DNA of 64,000 bases from Trypanosoma brucei (taxonomy: Eukaryota): positions 1,984,001 to 2,048,000 of the forward strand of contig CP000070.1 in NCBI GenBank assembly GCA_000002445.1, read 5' to 3'. The notes beneath the pieces were generated by a model. It worked only from the letters and a program-made list of their open reading frames with translations, was not told where the DNA came from and did no database searches. Made by a program: the position numbers and the translations under genes. Within the stretch, counting starts at the first letter, position 1; each line of letters opens with the position of its first letter. Below, in pieces: positions 34,171-44,560 of the stretch.

Positions 34171-35217
34171 AAACAAAATGAGCGAGTGGAGAACCTAACA
34201 TGCGGCCGCACACCCGCGAAGTAAAAAGATAAATAAATATCGGAAGCGAGACGTATTCAAACCAAAGCAGTTATACGGCAGCCAAAAGAAACAACAACAA
34301 CAACAACAATAGACAGTGTCCATGAAGAGAGTACACAATAATAATAGAGGAAAATACGTAAGGAAATGAAAAGAAATCACGTGCAAAGGACCGGGTGCAT
34401 AACAAATGATTCTTTTTTTTCCTTGTGTGTTTATGTGCTACTGCTTTAACGCGAGTGTGTTCATGTAAATATTGTCATGAACAGGCGAGGAGGAACGGGT
34501 GAATCAAGAGAGTTTTAGTGGGTTAAATATTTTGTCCAACGGCAGCCCCTCAAGGTATCCACGTAACTTCGCTCCGTTATTTTTATTTTTCTATTCCACG
34601 CTCTCAGCCTCTTCCTCTTCTTCTTCTTACTTCCTTCCGTCTTTTATATTCCCTCTCTTTTCCTTCTTTCCCACTATTTTTATCGTTCGCGCGTCATGAA
34701 AAAGTTTCCATGCGGTAATGCCAAACTTCAAATAAGTTGTGCGTGTGTGTGTGTGTGTGTGGGAAACCCTTGACAAAATGTAATAATGGAAGGAGAGTCG
34801 GATGCATAACTGTTGAAATATGTAACGCGATATTCATCAGCTTGGAAACCAATATCGACAACACCAAAAATAATAATAGCAGCGATATAATAATGAAGCT
34901 TTAGAGACGTAAGGATAAAAGTAGAAAAAAAATCAAATAATGATGATAAAAATGGACCGAACCCCTCCCGTGGTGAATCACCAACCGTTGTCTAATCCCT
35001 TCATCAACCATTTTTGTGAACAATAATAACAATAACAACAACAAAAGAACGATAATATAAATAAGTAAATAAATAAATAAATATATATATATTTATTACT
35101 CTTTTTTCTTTTTTCCATCTACTTCTTTCCCCTTCCACAGCCCGTACACGAACATTCAATTGCCGACCACCTTTCCGTGTCGATTGAGTTTTTTTTTTCT
35201 TTCTTCCTTTCCTTCTT

Positions 35218-35718
35218 TTACACCACACCTCTCAAGCAACCTTTTACAGCTGTTCTTGCAAAAGGAATATATGACATCATGTACCACGCCATTGCGCCGA
35301 ATTGCACCAGACACAACAACAGAACCAATAATGCACTACTGAGTAGTAATGCTGCGAGAAGTGTGAGCCCCATGGCAATAACAAACACAGTTGTGGCCAC
35401 CCAACGGCCTTCACTAAACATACGCTGAACTTGTGTTTTGGGACCTGCAAGGAATAATGTACCACCGATGGACGCCACGTTTCCAAGCGTATAAACCACA
35501 GCAAATGTGGCCACATCTGAGCGAAGGATGGCACCAAAACTCAGAAGGGAAAGGAGAGATCCAATACCCATGCAGACGCCGCAGCCAATTAACCGCTGTT
35601 TCCATGAAAGTGATGGACATATCGGCTGCGTTTCATCCTCTTCAATAATACTTCCATTACTTCCAACCGCAGCTGCTGTGGGAACCGCGTTCTTAACTAC
35701 ATCTACAAAAGCGCTCAT
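35218..35718 (-). CDS. SFT2: SFT2-domain vesicle transport protein (Got1/Sft2 family, four transmembrane helices)
   Basis: LSWKQRLIGCGVCMGIGSLLSLLS...FAVVYTLGNVASIGGTLFLAGPKTQVQRMFSEGRWVATTVFV...WYMMSYIPFARTAVKGC aligns closely with human SFT2D2: SLSWSTRIKGFIACFAIGILCSLLG...[42 protein letters not shown]...WYSLSFIPFARDAVKKC. Confidence 0.85.
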   Translation of the reverse strand: MSAFVDVVKNAVPTAAAVGSNGSIIEEDETQPICPSLSWKQRLIGCGVCMGIGSLLSLLSFGAILRSDVATFAVVYTLGNVASIGGTLFLAGPKTQVQRMFSEGRWVATTVFVIAMGLTLLAALLLSSALLVLLLCLVQFGAMAWYMMSYIPFARTAVKGCLRGVV

Positions 35719-35970
35719 AACTTCCTTTGATTTTTTCTTTTCCCTTATCTTCCCTATGCTTCAACCTCCTTCCTATTCTTACTACTTTATAATACCTTCC
35801 CTTGTGTTGTCCAAGTAGAGCACGCTTTAATATCTTTCGTTTGGAGTGGGCACAAATGGACCTCTTCGTTGAATGCGATATTTTGAAAAACAAAAAGGAA
35901 AAAAAAAACAAGGGCAGATAGATAGACAGCGGTGGAAAAATAACGTAAATGATCAACTTCCCCCGTTCAC

Positions 35971-36001
<31 letters not shown>

Positions 36002-36497
36002 GCAGCAGAAGCGCAGGACCAAGTAAGCACAGGAAACGAGGAAGTCTGAAAAAAGCAAAAAGAAAAAACAACAACAACAAAAGAAGAATTGAAAGGGGCT
36101 TTGATGCGACAGTTTCGGGGAAATCAGTTTCTCTCTCTTTCTCTTTCTATATTTTTATTTTTATTAAAAAAATCGTCTTCTATTTTCCATTTTTCAAACA
36201 TGTGTTGCGCGGCCACTTATATAATAAAATTACTCAGTTTATTTTAATGTGTCTTGACCCTAATATCGTCTTCCTATTCCTTCTTCTTCTCTTTCTTGCT
36301 TGAATCCCCGTTTGTTTAATCGAAACATTCCATTATTTACCCCAGCTAATATTTGTGTTCAATGCCAAGCTTGCGAGACCTTGAATTCACCACACTGCCG
36401 ACTTTTTCTTCCCCACACTCCATTCGACCGTCACGCAATCATGTAAAGAAATGATTCAAAAAGAAAATAAATTACCAAATGTTGCTTTTTTTTTTTT

Positions 36498-37850
36498 TTA
36501 AGATCCGCGGACGGTGTACTTCATGAAATAATCGTAAAAGCTCACCCCACTAAATGACGCGTCACGATGATCATACAAGTAGCGCCGAGTTTCATAGAAC
36601 AGTGAGGGTTCCAAAGGGACCTCCAACACCGCCACTAATTCCTCTTGCTGTTGCAGACTCATCCTTTTTCCCCTTTTGCCACCCACAACATTTTTGTTAG
36701 CAGCTATATATTCAGCAAGTATTGTTTCTGCGCGTTGTTTATAATTCTTGCATGGCACTCGGTGGGCAGCGGACCAATGCTCACGCTGACACTCTTCACT
36801 GCAATAATACACCGCCTTGCAACTGCTGCAACGCAACAAACCTTCCCCGCCGCATTTAACGCCGTGCTTCTGACAGTTGGCGCACAGCAAATGACTACTG
36901 CGGGAGACGAGTGGGATGAGATGAAGTAACGTTGTGGAAGCGTCAACAAACATCAAGTCGCATGCACGTTCCAACTGCTCTGCGGACCACCTCACCACTG
37001 TGGTTTGCGAAAGAGTTGCCGTTCCTTCATCAGGTGCTTCTTCAGCTGTGACAATATCCGGTAGAGCCGCGAGGATATCCTTAAGTGCAACACGAGTGTC
37101 ATCATCACACTCCACGCCACTACTCAAATTAGTCTGACCGTTGTCATCATTTAAACCACAGCCATCACTATCCACACTACGCCTCAAACGCTGCCGCAGG
37201 GCACGGCGAAGCTCCAGTGAAGATGTTGTTGTCTTCGGCGCGGAATTAACGTCACCTTCGTTTCCAATGAGTTCCCGCACCGCTATGACAAACCACGGGA
37301 GCCGCGCCAAATACTCAAGGTTGGCACGGGCGTAATGGTTAATCTTTTGCACCACCTCTTCCTTCGGTGAGAATATCCCGTAGCTTCTGGCACCGCTAAT
37401 GGCATTTATACTGCTGGTAGAGTTTCTGTCGTTAGCTCCTGCAGAACGCAGCGGCTGCACACTCTCCATACGGCACAACTCGCCCAACAGTGCTGCCGTC
37501 TCCCAGCGACATTCCTGCGCCACAGCATTGCTGCGCTGAGCGAGAAAGAAAGCGATTCCCTTCAGCAAAGCTTCGCGGCGCCGTGTATTTTCTTCACTGT
37601 AACCCATAACTCCAGTTGCATCGGTGTTGCGTAGCGGTTCATGTTCAAATAAGAAGAGTTTCACACTCGGGTGAAAGGCCACAGTATACAATGCAACGAG
37701 ATGATAGGCACGATCCTCCATTGCGACATACGGTGCAGTAAGGCGATCAAATATTTGGTCAAGTGTCACCGGATCGGGGCGCGGCGGTAGAGGAAGTGAT
37801 GACGTGTTGCTGCTATTGTTCGAGGGCATCCTGAAACGCAATGCTAACAA
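36498..37850 (-). CDS. MYND-type zinc finger protein (450 aa)
   Basis: C-terminal CANCQKHGVKCGGEGLLRCSSCKAVYYCSEECQREHWSAAHRVPC fits the MYND pattern C-x2-C-x(7-9)-C-x2-C-x(5-6)-YCS-x2-CQ-x3-W-x2-H-x3-C. The remainder is unassigned. The start could be Met1 or Met8. Confidence 0.75.
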   Translation of the reverse strand: MLALRFRMPSNNSSNTSSLPLPPRPDPVTLDQIFDRLTAPYVAMEDRAYHLVALYTVAFHPSVKLFLFEHEPLRNTDATGVMGYSEENTRRREALLKGIAFFLAQRSNAVAQECRWETAALLGELCRMESVQPLRSAGANDRNSTSSINAISGARSYGIFSPKEEVVQKINHYARANLEYLARLPWFVIAVRELIGNEGDVNSAPKTTTSSLELRRALRQRLRRSVDSDGCGLNDDNGQTNLSSGVECDDDTRVALKDILAALPDIVTAEEAPDEGTATLSQTTVVRWSAEQLERACDLMFVDASTTLLHLIPLVSRSSHLLCANCQKHGVKCGGEGLLRCSSCKAVYYCSEECQREHWSAAHRVPCKNYKQRAETILAEYIAANKNVVGGKRGKRMSLQQQEELVAVLEVPLEPSLFYETRRYLYDHRDASFSGVSFYDYFMKYTVRGS

Positions 37851-38464
37851 AACGAAAATGAAATACCCCGGTATTTATATGTATTATTTATGTATATAAA
37901 CACTTACGGGAAAAAAAAAATTTACCAAGTCTGGCCGGCGCTGTCCTTTGTTAGCAAAAAAAATAATAATAATAATAATTTACACATAACAATTAAGTAG
38001 TAGGGAAATGAAGAAGAGACGACGGAATATGAGAGAAAGAGGAAGGAAAAAATAAAAGGCTGCTGTACAAAAATATAATAATAATAATAAATAGTCTCAT
38101 CTCAGTGTTTAGCCAAATATTGATTTTCTTTTTTTTTTCTTCCCCCCTTTGCGCGTTCGGGAAGTAGGGGGCTTCAAGCAGCTCATGAAGGAAATACGGG
38201 CGATACGATCAGGAATGAAGTTAATGCGTATGTTTACTGCAAGTATGTGCGCATATATCTGTGAACTACCACCAAATGTCCTTGTAGTTCGACCCATGCC
38301 TTTTCCTTTTCGTCTCGTCTCGTCATTCTCTTTTTTTTTCTTCTTCTTGCGTGCCTTCACAATACACAATTTACACAGCCTCCTCCCTCCGCTGTTGTCA
38401 ACCCACCCAAAAAGTGGGCACAATCTCCCCAATTGTTACCACTAATCAACCAACCAATCCGTCC

Positions 38465-39583
38465 TCACGCAGCCACGAAGTCCCGTAATCGCTTTAGCCA
38501 CATTTCATACTCCTGCTGTTCCACCCAAACGGAGTACTGCCCAACAAATTCCCCAAACTGATCATCCACGCAGCGCTCTGCCAACCACGCCTGTAACCCA
38601 TCAAGCACCTCCTCCTCCGCCTCGTCCAAATTAGGACCCGGGTAACCGTTGAATATATTATTGTAACGCACCTCTTCAACCTTCCCTCGTCCTCCAGTTG
38701 TGTTGTCATGTTGCCCAGCAGCAGTTGCCGCCGCCGCCTCTGGTGAAGTGTTACCACTCCTTTTACTACACGAGGACCCGGTCTTGAAGGTGCCATGAAA
38801 AACGACATTGTCAACCAGCAGCTCTCCGTCCACAAAATCCGCCCGCACCTCAATGCTTTGGTCGTAGAGGCCAAGTTCCTCCTCCTCTTCCTCCTCCTCC
38901 TTTCCTTCAGTTCTGCCCTTCACATCACCGGCAGCCGCGCTGTCTCCCATGCGGAAAGTTCCATCACGCCTCACTGCTTCACCTTTAGATGGGGCACGCT
39001 GCACAAAAAATGAAAAAGGAAAATGTTCTCCTCGCACGTCGCACTCCGGATCCAATGAGGGGTCCCGTTTCGTGAGCTGCACGCGAATCGTGTGGCGCTC
39101 AGGTGTTGCCCGAGTTTCTGCTGACGCGGTTGCGGGAAGCCACCAGCGGCGGCCATAAAAAACACTCGTTCCCGGCGCATGGTACATTTCCCAACCAGTC
39201 GGCGGGGGCGGAGGGCACTCTTCCTTGTCAAGTCGCAGCGCCTCGTCTTCAATTTCCTTTTCAATGCATTTCAGTAAAGCATTTTCAGGAAAGTCGGAAG
39301 GAGGCAACGCCCGTCGCCGAACAGTTGGTGCGGATGATGAGAAAAGGGAAGGGGAGTCCGTTACTCCGTTACCCGAATTTGTGCCTTCAACACTCGCACC
39401 GACTTTTGTGGGCTCACTTTTGTATGTTTCACCACCGTCACCACATGTTGGCCCCGCCGTACTCGTGAAGCGTCGAGTGTAAAATTGTGTTCTTACGGGA
39501 AGCAGCGACCCCGGAACTACACGACGTGCCGGATGAAGTGCTGAGAAATACGCATGGCGCAGTATTATGAGAGAACTGTGCAT
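38465..39583 (-). CDS. Mitochondrial glycoprotein family protein (MAM33 / p32 / gC1qR-like) with a predicted N-terminal mitochondrial presequence (372 aa)
   Basis: C-terminus EEEVLDGLQAWLAERCVDDQFGEFVGQYSVWVEQQEYEMWLKRLRDFVAA matches the MAM33-family terminal helix: ...L[HQ].[YW]L.ERG[IV]D..[LF]..F...Y...KE..EY..WLK.[LV]..F[LV]. An internal acidic run (EEEEEEEEE) is also typical of the family. The N-terminus MHSSLIILRHAYFSALHPARRVV...RRF is basic and amphipathic, as expected of a presequence. Confidence 0.7.
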   Translation of the reverse strand: MHSSLIILRHAYFSALHPARRVVPGSLLPVRTQFYTRRFTSTAGPTCGDGGETYKSEPTKVGASVEGTNSGNGVTDSPSLFSSSAPTVRRRALPPSDFPENALLKCIEKEIEDEALRLDKEECPPPPPTGWEMYHAPGTSVFYGRRWWLPATASAETRATPERHTIRVQLTKRDPSLDPECDVRGEHFPFSFFVQRAPSKGEAVRRDGTFRMGDSAAAGDVKGRTEGKEEEEEEEELGLYDQSIEVRADFVDGELLVDNVVFHGTFKTGSSCSKRSGNTSPEAAAATAAGQHDNTTGGRGKVEEVRYNNIFNGYPGPNLDEAEEEVLDGLQAWLAERCVDDQFGEFVGQYSVWVEQQEYEMWLKRLRDFVAA

Positions 39584-40879
39584 CGACTTTATTATTAATA
39601 GTTAGTTCAAGTTTCAGTTTGTTCTGTTTTCTTTTTCCCCCTTTATTTATTTATTTTTTTTTTTCCTTGGGCCCCACCTTTAATGAGGTCGTATGTTCTT
39701 GAATGCGACCACTTGGTAAAACTTTATCTTTATCTTTCTCTTTCGCACTCACGGTTTCACCAGCGCCCACTTGTACACTTTTGGACGGCACGCATACGCA
39801 AAATACGGTGGTCATTGTCCAAAACAAAGCACAATAAAGAAATAATAATAATAACAACAGCAATATGAGGAGAAAAGGACGGATACCATAAATAAATATA
39901 ACACAGAAATTACTCAGGCATTGCAATGGGGTAAAGAGAAAAACAAAAAACAAAACGAATGTCCGGGTTGTTTGGTTGAGGAAGCCTTCAAATAACATCG
40001 TACACACTTCCCCTTTCTTCCTCTTTTTTTTTTTAATTTACTCCTCTAACATTCCGTTCCATTTCCCCCCTTTCCTAATTTCTATCCATCCCTCCGTGTG
40101 TCGATACGTAAAGTCAATATAATCATAATTATAATAATGATAATAATAATAATAACAAAAGCATACCGGTAAAAAAAAAACAAATACGATAAATCCCCCC
40201 CTCCCCCACATTCCACATCATTCGTCTTCCCCATTGTTTTTATTCCTTTTCAATCATCTCACGCAGTTGTTGCGTTATTGCACGCAACCGTCTCGCGGAA
40301 GGAGCGGAAAAAAGGTAGAGGGACACGTACACGTAAGATCACAAAGAAAGGGTTAAAAAGAAAAAAAAAACAAATAAAAACAAACAAACAAACTAAAAGT
40401 AGGTAAATAAATAGATAAATAAATGAGCAGAAAATAGGACGTCAAGCGCCGGTATCAACAAATAAATATCAGTGGGAGGGTAAAAACTAACCAACTAAAC
40501 AACCAAACTGACAAGATAACGTCCGCTACACACACCCACACACACAAAAAAAAAGGAATAAAGGGGTATGCGTGTACGTGTGGTGGGAAGGCAAAAAAAA
40601 AAAAAAAGAGAACAACAAACTAGCTTACATAAAATTACATAAATGTATTTAAGGGAACAAGTTAATGATAATGGAAGGGAAAGAATAGAAGGGGCATGTG
40701 TACATAACGAAATGCATACCCGTTTCACACCATATTTTTCCCCCTGTTCCCCCCATTTCTTTTTTCCTTTTTTCTTTTCCCTTCTTCCCTTCTTCCTTCC
40801 TTTCTCTTTTTTTTTTTAAAAAAAAAAACCTAATTTCCTATCGCTGTCTTCATTCCATCTTTCCACATATCAGTCTATA

Positions 40880-41338
40880 TTACTCCATAGCGAACACCGC
40901 TCCACGATTCTTCCACTCCCAGCCATTTCTATGCATACGTAACGCATATGTCCATAAAGCGATAGACATCCCTGAACCTCCCCAAATGGCAATTCGTGCC
41001 CAAAAACGCCAGTGAAGAACACCAAAGAAATCCTTTAGAGCGAAATGTCCCATGGCAAACCAACAACCGGCCCCTTGACGTTCCACATGGCGGCATGGCG
41101 ACTGTTGAGCAAAAGGAGCCCACGGGTCTTGAAGTTTTGGATCATTCCAACCTTTCCAACCAGCAGGCCGCGCACGAAAGTTTGGCTCCTTATGACCATG
41201 CAACCGAAGTGTACTGAAGCGGGTATACGGAGCCGCACGTGTAACGGCAGCAACAGTTGCAGCAGCATGTGATGATGATGATGATGCAACTGTTGCGGAT
41301 CCCTCTTGTGTGCCTCGAAGAAGCGTACGTGCGAGCAT
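40880..41338 (-). CDS. Small hypothetical protein (~152 aa): predicted mitochondrial presequence plus one Trp-rich transmembrane segment
   Basis: The 3' third of track ORF 40880..41818 (MLARTLLRGTQEG...HGHKEPNFRARPAGWKGWNDPKLQDPW...WFAMGHFALKDFFGVLHWRFWARIAIWGGSGMSIALWTYAL...) has protein-like composition. The 5' 160 codons translate (A)n, (ATT)n and (GA)n simple repeats into poly-L, poly-I and RERERK text and are rejected. The start is placed at the ATG at 41338..41336. A purine-rich region on the displayed strand (pyrimidine-rich on the coding strand) lies about 350-420 nt upstream at ~41690-41760. Confidence 0.45.
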   Translation of the reverse strand: MLARTLLRGTQEGSATVASSSSSHAAATVAAVTRAAPYTRFSTLRLHGHKEPNFRARPAGWKGWNDPKLQDPWAPFAQQSPCRHVERQGAGCWFAMGHFALKDFFGVLHWRFWARIAIWGGSGMSIALWTYALRMHRNGWEWKNRGAVFAME

Positions 41339-42451
41339 AATAATAATAGTAATAATAATGATACTTTCAAATATAAAGTTATATGCACTTGTTTGCCTAC
41401 TCTCAGTTTCTTTTCCCTTATTTTTTTTTTGTGAAGTTCCTGCTGCTGGTGTTGTTCTCTGTCTCTCTGTCTCTCTTTTTCTCTCTCTCTCTCTGTGACC
41501 ACTGTTGTTATATTTGCGGTTCCTAATTTCTCTCTCTAAAAAAAAAAGATGCCTAATTTTTGCTAATGAATTTGACCTTGGTGCTCTTTTTTTTTTTTCT
41601 AAAAATAATCCCTTCTTAGACAAATGATTCTTTGTTATTACAAGGGATACGCAAATTATTATTATTATTATTAATGTTATTGTTATTTTCAATGTTTGAG
41701 TGAGTGTAAAAAAGACAGGAAAAGATAACAACAACAACAACAAAAAAAAAGGACAGAAGAAGTTGAAACACTGCGATAATACACTTGTATCGATGGGTTT
41801 GATCATACACAAACGCATAAATATATTTACATTTTGTTGAGTTCATTTTATCTTCTTTTCATTTTTTTTAATTTGTTTTTTTTATTATTTCACTTTCTGA
41901 ACGCTCAAAGCTACATCTTCTTCCTTCAATATTGTCGTTGTCCTCACTGTCTTGACAACTGTTTTGTTTTTTGTGTTTCGTCTACTATTTTTATTATTGT
42001 TATTGTCGTCTCTTATAACTTGATATCACTCACTTGATGATATTCCGCCACGGCTGCGGAAATTTAAAAAAAAAACAACAACGAACAAACGCAAATACAT
42101 AAATTAATATAAGCGCATACAAAAAGGATGGGAATAATATAAATAAATAAATAAATATATATATATTATAACAAGAAGTAAGTATGAAATGGAATGGATG
42201 GGCGATCTAAAACGAATTCTCACGCACACACAAAAAAAAAAGTGAAAAGAAAAAAATGAAAAAGCAAGGGGAGAATGCTTCAGACATTTTTTATTGCATC
42301 GGCTTCTTCTCACCACACACATAATATATATATATATATATTCCTCAACTGCACTTTTTCACACAATGGGGAAATATGTTAGAAATAAATATACAAATAT
42401 ATACATTTGTCTGCACGTAATCAAAAGGGAAAATGAAGCAGCGGATCACTC

Positions 42452-42452
<1 letters not shown>

Positions 42453-42490
<38 letters not shown>

Positions 42491-42500
42491 TAACAACGAC
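42453..42500. repeat. (AAT)n trinucleotide microsatellite (~13 units, ending AACAATAACAAC)
   Basis: Read directly. Part of the 3.2-kb AT-rich spacer 41339-44560. Confidence 0.9.
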
Positions 42501-44300
42501 GCCAAGGAAGAAAAGAAACCAAACAAATGAAGAGGAGGAGAAAAAAAACACAAAAGAAAAAAAAAAAGAAGAAAAGACACGCCTTTTCCTTTCACTACTT
42601 CCGCTTCATTAACTCGCTACGGTTTTGCAGCGGTGGCCTAAAATAATAAAATAATAATATAATAATAAACAGCAGTATAAATGGAGAAAAAAAAAGGTGG
42701 AAGGATTTACATCACGTCACACCTTTTTTCTTCTCTTTTTTTTCTTTCGTGTTTTTAGAGGAAGCGAAGTAAATTAAATCCAAAAGAAATGAGGTACGCG
42801 TGTAGGGAACTGCAAGAGTTTTTTTTTTTCCTTCTTTTTCCTTTTCTTTTCTTCTGAAAACTAAATTTACTTATCTATCTGTATATATATATATTTTTTT
42901 TGATGTGCATCACAGATTGTGAAAAGGCTTGCAATAAACCATAAAATTAAAAACAACAACAACAACAACAACAATGACGGAATCCCATTTAAAAAAAAAA
43001 ATTGAAGAGACATCAAACATTTTATTAAAGGGCACACAAATGCAAACACCAACACCAACAGCAGTCATTACGGCAACGGCGATGAAGTGACAGTTTCGGG
43101 TATTTTATTTTATTTTTTTCATTTCACTCAAAAAGAACGGAGGAAAGGAAAACAAAAGCAAGAAAAAAACAAAGAAAAAAAAAGAGAAAGCTAAAGAGCG
43201 AAAGGAACACAACAGCAAAACGGCGAGCCACACGTTATTATAGAAAACATGAATATAACAATAGTGTCAGTATCAATAACATCGTTTTACACATAAATAT
43301 ACAAATAAGTAGATAAGAAAATGTGAAAACATGTAAAAAAGAACAAAAGAAAGAAAAAAAAAGAGAGAAAAACAAAAGGCATTTTCAAATAGTATGAAGA
43401 GAAGATGCAAAACAATGCTCACATTGACCACTATTTATGATTGAAGCTCACAACATAATAATAATAATTTATTTTTTCTGTTTTTTTTTGTTTTCCTCCC
43501 TCCCTTTTTTTCCACTATATTTCATAAAATCACTTTGGCATTCAAAAGCCGCTTGGGTTGGCCTCCGCTTTTAGTTAAACTTCATTGCGGTTCGTGCCAT
43601 TGCCGTTTTCATAATTTTCTTTTTTATTTTTTTTTGTTTGCTGCCGCAACTTGGTTCATTTTGTGAAACAGTTTTGCGCATTTGGTTCACCCCTTCCCAA
43701 TTATATATAAATAAATATATTTCTTGCACTTCCGTTTCTTTTCTTCTAAAATTCCTCTTGCCTTTTTTCCCCTGTTATTTCCCTCCCGATCACAGCAATA
43801 CGGCTTGCCCACATTCCCCTGGTTTAAATGGTTGAAAAATATTTCAAACATATATATATATATAAATATAAATATATTCCTTGCACTTAGGTACCGTTTC
43901 GAAAATATTTCGTGTCTCTTCTCCACCCCTTCCGTCCCTACTGCGGTAAATAAAATGTGTCATTTCAGTTATTATTATTATTATTTTGTGCACTACAAAT
44001 CAAACCAAATCATTTTGTATCGTCAACAGTTTTTTTCTACAAAAGTACAAAGAAAAAAAGAAAAAGAACGAAAAGCAAAGAAAACTATTAACAATTAGGT
44101 TTGTTTTTTTTTTCCTCCCTCTTTCTCTAGAACAATTCTTGTTTTCTAATTACGCATCTATTCGATCATATGTTAATTTCTTCCTTCTCATTTTTTAAAT
44201 AACTTTATTCGTGCTTCGTTCCTTCACATATTTCAAGCACACAATCAACCAAGCAGGTATACCTTTCTCCCTTTATTCTTTCTTTATTTATCCCCTACAG

Positions 44301-44304
<4 letters not shown>

Positions 44305-44330
<26 letters not shown>
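44305..44330. repeat. (AC)13 microsatellite, followed at 44448-44479 by a (TA)16 run
   Basis: Read directly. Both sit just 3' (on the coding strand) of the 44561-48457 gene. Confidence 0.9.
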
Positions 44331-44331
<1 letters not shown>

Positions 44332-44444
44332 TGCGCATGTCACGTCAGAAAGGAGAGATAGAGACAACACCAAATTCGAAAAAAAAGAAAGAAAGAAAAT
44401 AGTAACAGTTTTATTCCCTACGCTATACTTTATGACTTCTTGTA

Positions 44445-44482
<38 letters not shown>

Positions 44483-44560
44483 TATTCATATCAATCCGCT
44501 TCACTTCAGTTCGTTCCACCTCCACCTCCACCATTCATCCATTCATTTATTCATTTACTC

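Noticed and set aside
41035-41502. 155-aa minus-strand ORF reading MVTEREREKERQRDREQHQQQ...
   Set aside because: It is a translation of (GA)n and (CT)n simple repeats. It also overlaps the better-supported 40880-41338 reading frame.
43711-43903. Pair of ~30-nt direct repeats about 160 nt apart
   Set aside because: Short, AT-rich, and embedded in (TA)n/(AAATAT)n context. Most likely slippage-derived duplication rather than a functional element. Mentioned under the large-spacer finding only.
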